Source: an uncultured Gemmatimonadales bacterium
Lineage (GTDB): Bacteria; Gemmatimonadota; Gemmatimonadetes; Gemmatimonadales; Gemmatimonadaceae
Assembly: GCA_963793305.1 (NCBI GenBank)
Contig: CAWBZV010000005.1
Span: 704,001-768,000 of the forward strand
Direction of reading: 5' to 3'
DNA length: 64,000 bases
This document shows, in pieces, positions 51,385 to 60,430 of the stretch. The position numbers were made by a program, and so were the translations under genes. Below the pieces are notes generated by a model. The model did no database searches, was not told where the DNA came from, and saw nothing but the letters and a program-made list of their open reading frames with translations. Each line of letters opens with the position of its first letter. Within the stretch, counting starts at the first letter, position 1.

Positions 51385-51900
51385 ATGAGCCCCCTGAAAT
51401 CCGACAGCGATCGCGTGATCCGCCAGTCGCTCCTCGACCGGCTGATCGACTTGGATCGCGGATCGTCGGTGGATCCCCCGACCACGTGGGGCCAGTCCGT
51501 GCGGCAGTTGAAGACGACGCTCTGCCGCGATCTCGAATGGCTGCTGAACACGCGCAAGCCGCTGGTGGAAGTGCCGCCAGGGTGCGAGAACCTCGAGGCA
51601 TCGCTGCTCCTCTATGGCATTACCGATGTCTCCTCGATGGGTCGCGAGAACCTGGAGCAGCAGGCCAAGCTCGTGAGGGACGTCGAACGCGCGGTGAGCA
51701 CGTTCGAGCCCAGGCTCGCCAACGTCAAAGTGTCGATTGCCGCGGCCGAGAAGGGCGCGGAAGGCGGCCCGATCCGCGAGCTGCGATTTGTCGTCGAGGG
51801 AATGCTGCGCATCGATCCGGAGCCCGAGCACGTCGTGTTCGACACCGTGCTCGAAGTGTCGACCGGCGACTATCACGTCCGGAGTGACGGCGGTGCGTGA
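51385..51900 (+). CDS. tssE: T6SS baseplate protein TssE (gp25-like)
   Basis: SLLDRLID, RDLEWLLNTR, S.L.YGI.D, FEPRL, VFDTVL. Confidence 0.9.
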   Translation: MSPLKSDSDRVIRQSLLDRLIDLDRGSSVDPPTTWGQSVRQLKTTLCRDLEWLLNTRKPLVEVPPGCENLEASLLLYGITDVSSMGRENLEQQAKLVRDVERAVSTFEPRLANVKVSIAAAEKGAEGGPIRELRFVVEGMLRIDPEPEHVVFDTVLEVSTGDYHVRSDGGA

Positions 51901-53737
51901 AGATCTCCTGCTGTACTACGAGCGCGAGCTCGCGTTTCTTCGCCGGATGGGGGCGGAGTTCGCCTCGACGTATCCAAAGATCGCGTCCCGCCTGCAGCTC
52001 GAGCCCTCGAAGTGCGAGGACCCGCACGTCGAGCGACTGCTGGAAGCCTTCGCGTTTCTCGCCGCCCGCGTCCACCTCAAGGTCGACGACGACTTTCCGG
52101 AGGTCAGCGAAGCGCTGCTCGACGTGCTCTATCCGCACTTCGTGCGGCCCATTCCGTCGATGTCGCTGGTGCAGTTTCAGCTCGACCCGGAGAAGGGGAA
52201 GCTGGCGACGGGATTTCCGATCGCGAAAGACACGCAACTCCTCTCCCGGTCGGTCGCCCGCACGCAGTGCCGTTTCCGTACCGTGGGCTCCACGACCGTG
52301 TGGCCGCTCACCGTCGCCAATGCGAAGTGGACGACGCCGGATCGGTTGCAACCCGCCGTCCGTGCGGCCGACGCGGTCGCCGCCCTGCGTTTCGAGTTGC
52401 GATGCCTGCCGGACATCCAATTCGCGAAGCTGTCGCTCGACACCCTGCGCCTGCACCTCGACGGGGAGCGGAGCTTCGTGTACACACTGTACGAGCTCCT
52501 CTCGAACAATGTCCTGCGCGTGATGTTCCGCGATCCCCGTCCGGGTGGCGAGAAGCGCACGATCACGCTGCCCGCATCCACGCTATCCCCAGCTGGATTC
52601 GATCCAGACGAGGCCATGCTGCCGGCGCCGCGGCGCGCGTTCGGCGGGTATCAGTTGCTGCAAGAGTATTTCACGTTCCCCGAGAAGTTTCTCTTCTTCG
52701 ACCTCGCCGGGTTCGACGCCGTACGCGCCGCGGGTTTTGGCGATCGCGTGGAAGTCGTGATCATGATCTCGCCATTCGAGCGCGCCGACCGCCGGCCGAT
52801 GCTCGAAGCGGGTGTCTCCGATAAGAGTCTCAAGCTCGGCTGCGCTCCCGTCGTCAATCTATTTCCTTTAGTCTCGGAGCCGATTCAGCTCACGGGTCGG
52901 CGCGCCGAGTACGAGATCGACCCCGACGCGCGCCGGCGGCAGACAACCGAGATCTTCTCGGTCGAGGAAGTCCTGGGGTTGACGCCGGGCGGAGGCGAGC
53001 CGGTTCGGTTCCAGCCGTTCTATTCGCACCGGCACGGAACGGACACCGCCGCGCCTCGCTTCTGGCGCGCGACGCGACGCCCGAGCGTCTGGCGACCCGA
53101 CAACGGCACCGACGTCTTCCTATCGTTCGCCGACCTCTCAGGCGACATCGCCACGCCTTCGGTCGACGCGATCTCCGCGCGCCTGACCTGCTTCAATGCC
53201 GACCTGCCGTCGCGGTTGCCGTTCGGCGACGAGAGCGCGGGGGGCGACTTCGAGATGCGCGGCGGCGGCCCGATTCGCCGCATCGTCTGCCTCATCAAGC
53301 CCACGCCCGCGATCCAGCCCGGCCTCGGCCGCCAGCTCCTGTGGCGGCTCGTGTCGATGCTGTCGCTCAACTATCTCTCGCTGACCGACGAGGGAGTCGA
53401 CGCGCTCCGCGAATTGCTGCGACTGCACAACGCCGGCAACAACGCGGCGATGGAGAAGCAGATCCAAGGCGTGCTCTCGGTGCGCGGCGCGACGGCGTAC
53501 TCGCGCGTCGCGTCCGAGCACGGCCTCAGCTTCGCGCGCGGACGTTGGGTCGAGGTCGAGTTCGACGAGGACCAATTCGCGGGCAGTGGCGTCTACTTGC
53601 TCGCCACCGTGCTGGAGCGGTTTTTGGGCCTGTACGCGTCGATGAACAGCTTCTGTGCATTGACCGCGAAAAGCCGCCAGCGCCACGAAGTCATCCGCGC
53701 GTGGCCGCCGCGCTCCGGCTGGAAGAGTCTCCTATGA
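51893..53737 (+). CDS. tssF: T6SS baseplate protein TssF
   Basis: LL.YYERELAFLR.MG.EFA..YPKIA.RL, DPHVERLLEAFAFLAAR, YQLLQEYF.FPEKFLFF, LGC.PVVNLF, WRLVS.LSLNYLSL. Confidence 0.94.
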   Translation: MREDLLLYYERELAFLRRMGAEFASTYPKIASRLQLEPSKCEDPHVERLLEAFAFLAARVHLKVDDDFPEVSEALLDVLYPHFVRPIPSMSLVQFQLDPEKGKLATGFPIAKDTQLLSRSVARTQCRFRTVGSTTVWPLTVANAKWTTPDRLQPAVRAADAVAALRFELRCLPDIQFAKLSLDTLRLHLDGERSFVYTLYELLSNNVLRVMFRDPRPGGEKRTITLPASTLSPAGFDPDEAMLPAPRRAFGGYQLLQEYFTFPEKFLFFDLAGFDAVRAAGFGDRVEVVIMISPFERADRRPMLEAGVSDKSLKLGCAPVVNLFPLVSEPIQLTGRRAEYEIDPDARRRQTTEIFSVEEVLGLTPGGGEPVRFQPFYSHRHGTDTAAPRFWRATRRPSVWRPDNGTDVFLSFADLSGDIATPSVDAISARLTCFNADLPSRLPFGDESAGGDFEMRGGGPIRRIVCLIKPTPAIQPGLGRQLLWRLVSMLSLNYLSLTDEGVDALRELLRLHNAGNNAAMEKQIQGVLSVRGATAYSRVASEHGLSFARGRWVEVEFDEDQFAGSGVYLLATVLERFLGLYASMNSFCALTAKSRQRHEVIRAWPPRSGWKSLL

Positions 53738-54732
53738 TCGAAGACCTCGTCAACGAGCCCTGGGCCTTCGAGTTCTTCCAGGCCGTACGCGTGCTGATGG
53801 CGCATTCGCCGCAGCGGACGGCGATCGGGGAATTCGGCGATCCGACCCAAGAGGCCGTGCGGTTCTCCGCGAATCCCGAGGTCGGGTTTCCGGCGGGCGA
53901 GATCCAGGCGTTCGACCCGGTCGCGAAACCGCCGAAGCTCACGGTGAACTTCATGGGCCTCACCGGCCCGCTCGGCGTGATGCCCCTCATGTACGCCGAG
54001 CTGGTCGCCGAGCGAGCGCGTTCGCGCGATACCGCGCTGCGTGATTTTCTGGACATCTTCAACCATCGCATGATCTCGCTGTTCTACAAAGCGTGGGAGA
54101 AGAACCGTTTCACGATCGCGTACGAACAAGATCGCAGCGATGGCCTCACCCGCCACTTGTTGGATGTTCTCGGTTTAGGGACCGAGGGCCTACGCGGGCG
54201 CCTGCCGCTCAATGACGAAACGCTGTTGTACTATGCGGGCGCGTTAGCGCCGCATACCCGACCGGCCGCCGCGCTCGAGGGTTTGATCGCCGACCATTTT
54301 GGCGTTCCGGTCGAAGTCGAGCAATTCGTCGGCGGCTGGTATCGCTTGGAAGAAACGGCGTACTGTGTCCTGGGCGACGAAGACGAGGCCGGCACCTTGG
54401 GCGCCGCGGTGGTAGGCGAGGAAGTCTGGGATGCCCAAGCCCGCGTTCGCCTCCGCATCGGACCGCTCACCCGCCGCCAGTACGACGACCTGCTGCCGAC
54501 CGGCAGCGGATGGCGTACACTCCTGGCGCTGGCGAAGTTCTTCGTCGGCGACCAGCTCGATGTCGATGTCCGACTCGTTCTCGCGCGCGACGAGGTGCAG
54601 CCCTGCGCGCTCGGGCAGGCCGAGGACGCCGCTCTGCCACTTGGCTGGACGACGTGGCTCGGCACTGCTCCATTGACCCACGATCCCGACGACACGCTGC
54701 TCACACTCTCCGACGCACAGGAGGCCGCATGA
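53734..54732 (+). CDS. tssG: T6SS baseplate protein TssG
   Basis: FEFFQAVRVL, VNFMGLTGPLGVMP..Y, DFLDIFNHR.ISLFYKAW.K, VEVEQFVGGW, LGWTTWL. Confidence 0.93.
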   Translation: MIEDLVNEPWAFEFFQAVRVLMAHSPQRTAIGEFGDPTQEAVRFSANPEVGFPAGEIQAFDPVAKPPKLTVNFMGLTGPLGVMPLMYAELVAERARSRDTALRDFLDIFNHRMISLFYKAWEKNRFTIAYEQDRSDGLTRHLLDVLGLGTEGLRGRLPLNDETLLYYAGALAPHTRPAAALEGLIADHFGVPVEVEQFVGGWYRLEETAYCVLGDEDEAGTLGAAVVGEEVWDAQARVRLRIGPLTRRQYDDLLPTGSGWRTLLALAKFFVGDQLDVDVRLVLARDEVQPCALGQAEDAALPLGWTTWLGTAPLTHDPDDTLLTLSDAQEAA

Positions 54733-57399
54733 CTGTCGATTTGCGAGCCCTCATCGGCAAGCTCAATCCCGCCACGAAAGGCGGTCTGGAAGCCGCCGCC
54801 GGGCTTTGTCTTTCGCGCACCCACTATGACGTCGAGATCGAGCATTACCTGCTCAAGCTCCTCGACCGGAGCGACGGCGACTTCGTGGCGATCGCCAAGC
54901 ACTACGAGATCGACCGCTCGAAGCTCGCGAAAGACCTCGCCGCGGGGCTCGACAAGCTGAAATCCGGCAACGCCCGGACGCCGAACCTGAGTCCATCGAT
55001 CGTCAAAGCCTTCACCGAAGGCTGGACGCTGGGCTCGATCGACTTCGGCGCGACCAAGGTGCGCACGGGTCACACGATCCTGGCGATCGCCGCGTCCGAT
55101 GAGCTCTCTCGTCAGGCCCGCGATATCAGCCGCGAGCTGACGAAGATCAACGCCACGGATCTGCAAAGTAAATTCTCGGACATCCTGGCCACGTCGGCCG
55201 AAGACTCGGGCCCTGCCGAGGCTAGCTCCTCGTCAGAGGAAGGCGCTCCTCGTAAGGGGGGCAGTGGCCAAAGCCCGAATCTCGACCAGTTCACCGTCGA
55301 TCTGACGGCCAAGGCCAAGTCGGGTCATATCGATCCGGTGCTCGGCCGCGACACCGAAGTCCGCCAGGTCGTCGACATTCTCACGCGCCGTCGCCAAAAC
55401 AACCCGATTCTGGTTGGCGAAGCGGGCGTCGGCAAAACGGCCGTCGTCGAAGGCTTCGCCGTCCGCATCGCTTCTGGCGATGTGCCGCCGCCGCTCAAGG
55501 GTGTGACGCTGCGCACACTCGACCTCGCGCTGCTGCAAGCCGGCGCGGGCGTCAAGGGTGAATTCGAAAATCGCCTGAAGGGGCTGATCGAAGAGGTTAA
55601 GAACTCCGAATCCCCAATTATCCTGTTCATCGACGAAGCCCATACGATGATCGGGGCAGGGGGCCAGGCGGGTCAAAACGACGCGGCCAATCTCTTGAAA
55701 CCAGCCTTGGCCCGCGGCGAGCTCCGCACGATCGGCGCGACGACGTGGTCAGAGTACAAAAAGTATTTCGAAAAAGACCCGGCCTTGTCCCGTCGGTTCC
55801 AAGTGGTAAAAGTCGATGAGCCGACAGAAGATGTCTGCAAATTGATGATGCGCGGCGTCGGTCCGGCATTGGAGAAGCACCACCGTGTGCGCATTCTCGA
55901 CGAGGGTCTCGATGCCGCTGTGAGACTTTCGCATCGCTACCTGCCGGACCGCCAGCTCCCAGACAAGGCCGTCAGCGTTCTGGACACGGCGTGCGCCCGT
56001 CTGGCATTGGAACAGAGCGCGACCCCTGCGGCCGTCGAAGACATAGGCCGGCAACTCGATGATCTCGCCGTCCAAACCAGAATCCTGGAACGCGAAGCCG
56101 CGACCGGGGCCGATGTCGCGGAGCGAATCGCGTCGATCGCGGCCCGTCGAACGGATCTCGAAAAGCAAAAAGAAACCGCGACGACGCGGTGGAAGCAGGA
56201 GCTCGACCTCGTAAAAAAATTGCTCGTCGTGCGCGAACGCCTCGAGAATGCCGGCGCGGCGAAAGCTGATGGCAATGATCGCAAAGAGTTCTCGACGCTG
56301 AACGCGGAGCTGGACAAGCTGCAAGGCGAGTCGCCACTGGTTCGCGTCTGCGTCGATGCCGGCATCGTTGGCGATGTGATCTCCGGCTGGACGGGCATCC
56401 CCGTGGGCAAGATGCTCCGCGATGACGTTGCGGCCGCGTTGAGTCTCGAGGGCCAACTGGGCAGCCGCGTGATCGGCCAGACGCACGCCCTCGAAGTGAT
56501 GGCCAAGCGCGTTCGGACGTTCGAAGGCCGGGATCGAAGATCCCAACAAGCCGGTCGGCGTGTTCATGCTCGTCGGCCCATCCGGCGTCGGCAAGACCGA
56601 GACCGCGTTGGCGCTATCGGACCTGCTCTACGGTGGTGAGCGCAATCTGATAACCATCAACATGTCCGAGTTCCAGGAAGCCCATACGGTGTCGACCCTC
56701 AAGGGCTCCCCTCCGGGCTACGTGGGCTATGGCGAGGGTGGGGTGCTCACCGAGGCGGTCCGCCGGCGTCCCTACTCGGTCGTTTTGCTCGACGAGGTCG
56801 AAAAAGCCCACCCGGACGTGCTGGAGCTCTTTTTCCAGGTGTTTGACAAGGGCCAGATGGAGGATGGTGAGGGCCGACTCATAGACTTCAGGAACAACAT
56901 CATCGTCCTCACCACGAACGCCGGTACGGAAACGATCATGAAGCTCTGTGCGGACCCCGAGACTATGCCTGGGATGGATGGTCTAGTGAAAGCCTTGAAG
57001 CCGGAATTGGACAAAGTGTTCAAGCCGGCGTTCTTGGGCCGCATGGTCATCGTGCCGTACTTCCCCATTCGCGACGAAGCCCTGGCTCGGATTATTCGCC
57101 TGAAGCTGGGCAAAATCGAGCGTCGCCTGGCCGAGGTGCATCGGGTTGCGCTGGTCTATGGCGACGACCTCGTCTCGACCGTGGCGAGCCGCTGCACGGA
57201 AGTCGAGAGCGGCGCCCGCAACGTCGACAATATCCTCACCAACGGCTTGCTGCCCGAGGTCTCGCGTATCCTGCTCGAGGCGATGGTCAGCGGGACGCGG
57301 CTGACGGCCGTGCGGGTCGGCATTGGAAGCGATGGGGCGTTCACCTACCACCCCGAGCGTGCGCCCGATGATCGCGGGCTCGCGCCACTCCCGGCCTGA
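54729..57399 (+). CDS. tssH: T6SS AAA+ ATPase ClpV/TssH (+1 frameshift near 56520)
   Basis: [70 protein letters not shown]. After the frame change: [51 protein letters not shown]. Confidence 0.92.
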
Positions 57400-57413
57400 G
57401 CGCCTTTTGATAT

Positions 57414-59471
57414 ATGTCGACCTATACACAGACCGGCCCCTATAAAGTCGTCTCGCCGCTGGGCGGCGATACGCTCCTCTTCAGCGGGATGTCCGGTGAA
57501 GAGGCAGTGTCGACGCCGTTCTTGTTCACGGTCGACATGCTCTCGGAAAAGGATACGATCTTAGCGACCCAGATCCTGCGGAAGCCACTCGTCGTCGAGT
57601 TGGATATGGGCGGCGGCACCACGCGCTATATCCATGGCCTCGTCCGCCGCTTCATCCAGATGGATAGCGCCTTCAGCGACTTGTACGCGTACCGGGCCGA
57701 GATCGTGCCATGGTTCTGGTTCCTCTCGTTGGCGGCTGACTGCCGGGTCTACGAGAACAAGTCGGTGCTCGACATCATCGAGGACGTCTTCAAGCGCAAC
57801 AACTGGACGGACTTCTCCGTGAAGACTACGGGGAGCTACCCGAAGCGTGAGTATTGCGTGCAGTATCGTGAAACCGACCTGGCATTCGTGAGTCGCCTGC
57901 TCGAGGAAGAAGGCATTTTCTACTTCTTTCAGCACACGGACTCGAAGCACACGCTGGTCCTGGCTGATGGCAACAGCGCGTTTCAACCAATACCGGGCTC
58001 GTCGACGGTCAGCGCCACCGAGCAGGTCGTTTCGAGCACCCAGTACCAGCAGAGCGTCGGCTCCTTACAGTGGGATCAGCACGTCCCACCGGGCACGGTC
58101 ACGCTGTACGACTACAACTACCTCGATGGCCAGACGCCGCTCACCGCGACGGTGTCCGCCAACGGTCCTGAGGAGATTTACGACTATCCGGGTGGCTTCA
58201 CCGATCAGGACACGGGCGACCGGTACGCGCGATCGCAGCTCGATGCCGCCGAAGCGTTCATACAGTCGCTCACGGGTGTGAGCTCGTGCATGGGGTTCAC
58301 GTCGGGATACCAGTTCACGATGTCGGACTACTTCCGCAGCGATATCAACGGCGGTTTCAACATCGTGAAGGTGCGCCACACGGCGCAACTCAACGGCTAC
58401 TATGGGTCGGCCTCAGCGACCGATCAGTCCGCCACCTACCAGAACGATTTCCGGGCGCTTGCCAAGGAAACCGTCTTTCGTCCGGACGTGCGCACGCCGC
58501 GCCCGCTGGTCCCCGGCACGCAGACCGCGCTCGTCGTCGGTCCGTCGGGCAGCGAGATCAACGTCGACAAATATGGCCGCGTGCAGGTCCAGTTCTTCTG
58601 GGAACGCACCAGCAAAGGGGATCCCGGCAGCTCGCCCTATGTGCGCGTGTCGACGTCGTGGGCCGGGAAGAACTGGGGGATCATCCACATTCCCCGTATC
58701 GGCCAGGAAGTCGTCGTCGCATTCGAGGAAGGGAATCCGGACCGGCCGATCATCGTCGGGAGCGTCTACAACCCCGACATGATGCCGCCGTACGATTTGC
58801 CCGCGAACAAGTCGCAGAGCGGCATCAAATCGCGCAGCACCGAAGGTGGCGGCACCGCGGACTACAACGAGTTTCGGTTCGAGGACAAGAAGGGCAGCGA
58901 GGAGATTCACTTGCATGCCCAAAAGGATCTCAGAATCACGGTCGAGAACAACCGCACCGAGTACATTGGCAACGCGGAAACGAAGACCATCGACAAGGGC
59001 GATTACAACGAGTTGCTCAAAGAAGGCAAGTACGTTCTCGAGATCCAGAAAGGCGACCAGGAGATCGATATCGATCAGGGCTGCCAAAAGACGACGATTT
59101 CCCAAGGCGACTGTAGCTTGGATGTCGAGATGGGCAAGTACGACGTTAGTCTCGGCCAGGGCGACATGAGCGTCTCGCTCTCGCAAGGCAACATGTCGAC
59201 CAAGCTGTCGATGGGCAATTACGACCTCGAAGCGTCGATGGGCAACGTGTCGATCAAGGCCGATCTCGGACAGGTCACGATCGAGGCGATGCAAGGCATC
59301 GAGCTCAAGGTCGGTGAGAACAGCATCAAGATCGACCAGATGGGCGTGACGATCTCCGGGATGATGATTTCGGTCAGCGGTCAGGTCCAGACGCAGGTTT
59401 CGGGTCTCATGATGCAAGTGTCCGGGAACGCGATGACGCAGATTTCGGGCGGCATCACCATGATCGGTTGA
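57414..59471 (+). CDS. vgrG: T6SS spike protein VgrG (TssI), no effector extension
   Basis: REYCVQYRETDLAFVSRLLEEEGIFYFF, YDYPG, DKYGRVQVQFFW, WAGKNWG..HIPRIGQEVVV.F..GNPDRPII.GSVYN, NE.RFEDKKG.EEI.LHAQKD; beta-helix C-terminus. Confidence 0.95.
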   Translation: MSTYTQTGPYKVVSPLGGDTLLFSGMSGEEAVSTPFLFTVDMLSEKDTILATQILRKPLVVELDMGGGTTRYIHGLVRRFIQMDSAFSDLYAYRAEIVPWFWFLSLAADCRVYENKSVLDIIEDVFKRNNWTDFSVKTTGSYPKREYCVQYRETDLAFVSRLLEEEGIFYFFQHTDSKHTLVLADGNSAFQPIPGSSTVSATEQVVSSTQYQQSVGSLQWDQHVPPGTVTLYDYNYLDGQTPLTATVSANGPEEIYDYPGGFTDQDTGDRYARSQLDAAEAFIQSLTGVSSCMGFTSGYQFTMSDYFRSDINGGFNIVKVRHTAQLNGYYGSASATDQSATYQNDFRALAKETVFRPDVRTPRPLVPGTQTALVVGPSGSEINVDKYGRVQVQFFWERTSKGDPGSSPYVRVSTSWAGKNWGIIHIPRIGQEVVVAFEEGNPDRPIIVGSVYNPDMMPPYDLPANKSQSGIKSRSTEGGGTADYNEFRFEDKKGSEEIHLHAQKDLRITVENNRTEYIGNAETKTIDKGDYNELLKEGKYVLEIQKGDQEIDIDQGCQKTTISQGDCSLDVEMGKYDVSLGQGDMSVSLSQGNMSTKLSMGNYDLEASMGNVSIKADLGQVTIEAMQGIELKVGENSIKIDQMGVTISGMMISVSGQVQTQVSGLMMQVSGNAMTQISGGITMIG

Positions 59472-59472
59472 T

Positions 59473-60066
59473 ATGACGACCACACGCACGGACACCCCAC
59501 CCGCTGCCGGTCCGCCGGCGCCCACCGACGTGGCGAAGGCCGCGGAGCTGGAGGGCGATGCCCTCGCGCTGCTCCATCCGGAGCATGGCGGGCGCGAGTT
59601 CGTCACCGCGCTGCTGAACGCGGAGTTGTTTCAGGATGCGGTTCGATTCCTGGCCCACGCGCTCCCGAAACGCGAAGCCGTATGGTGGGCGTTGCTGTGC
59701 GCCCGCGAAGTCGCCGGGGACGCGCCGTCCCAAGAGGTGAAAGCCTCACTCGACGCGACGGATGTGTGGGTACGACACCCCGGCGACGAACAGCGCCGTG
59801 CCGCGATGGCGGCTGCACAGAAGGCGACGTTTCAAACGTCGGCCGGCTGCGCTGGCCTCGCGGCATTCCTGAGCGGCGGCAGCCTCTCGGTGCCGGGACA
59901 GCCCGAGGTGCCACCCGGCCCGTTCCTGACGGCGAAGGCAGTCTTCGGCGCGGTATCGATCGCATCGCTCGGCGCCGACCCCAAGACCGCGCCCGAGCGC
60001 TTCCGGCGCTACGTCGAGCAAGCGCTCCACATCGGTGATCAGGCTGGCGCCTGGAGGAAGACCTAA
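59473..60066 (+). CDS. Conserved helical protein between vgrG and PAAR (DUF6931-like)
   Basis: DAVRFLAHALPKREAVWWA, WV..P.DEQRRAA..AA, AAFLSGGSL; position between vgrG and PAAR. Family name recalled, not searched. Confidence 0.6.
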   Translation: MTTTRTDTPPAAGPPAPTDVAKAAELEGDALALLHPEHGGREFVTALLNAELFQDAVRFLAHALPKREAVWWALLCAREVAGDAPSQEVKASLDATDVWVRHPGDEQRRAAMAAAQKATFQTSAGCAGLAAFLSGGSLSVPGQPEVPPGPFLTAKAVFGAVSIASLGADPKTAPERFRRYVEQALHIGDQAGAWRKT

Positions 60067-60356
60067 TGGGACTGCCCGCCGCTCGTCTCACCGATATGCA
60101 CGTGTGCCCGATGGTGACGGTTCTCGTCCCACACGTCGGCGGTCCCGTCGTCGGCCCTGGTTGTCCGACGGTCCTCATCGGCGGTTTGCCGGCGGCCCGC
60201 GTCGGCGACATGCTTGTTTGTGTGGGACCACCGGATGTCATCGCGATGGGGGCGTTTACCGTTCTCATTGGTGGTATGCCGGCCGCCCAGATGGGCAGCG
60301 TCACCGCTCACGGTGGGGCCATCGTCCTCGGATGCCCGACGGTTTTGGTCGGCTGA
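60066..60356 (+). CDS. PAAR domain spike-tip protein, no extension
   Basis: PAARLTDMHVCP, PHVGGP, TVLIGGLPAARVGD, MPAAQMG..TAHGG, GCPTVLVG. Confidence 0.93.
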   Translation: MGLPAARLTDMHVCPMVTVLVPHVGGPVVGPGCPTVLIGGLPAARVGDMLVCVGPPDVIAMGAFTVLIGGMPAAQMGSVTAHGGAIVLGCPTVLVG

Positions 60357-60430
60357 TTTCGATCGTCTAGCTAGCCGAAGTGGACAGATAGTATGATCTT
60401 GCTCGCGGTTCAGCCACCGGAGACCTTCTC

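Noticed and set aside
12107..54728. Long N-terminal extensions in the ORF track for potA (13726), tssL (41344), tssE (51154), tssF (51737), tssG (53341) and clpV (54510)
   Set aside because: They overlap upstream genes in shadow frames; the true starts sit at coupled or RBS-preceded codons where homology begins.
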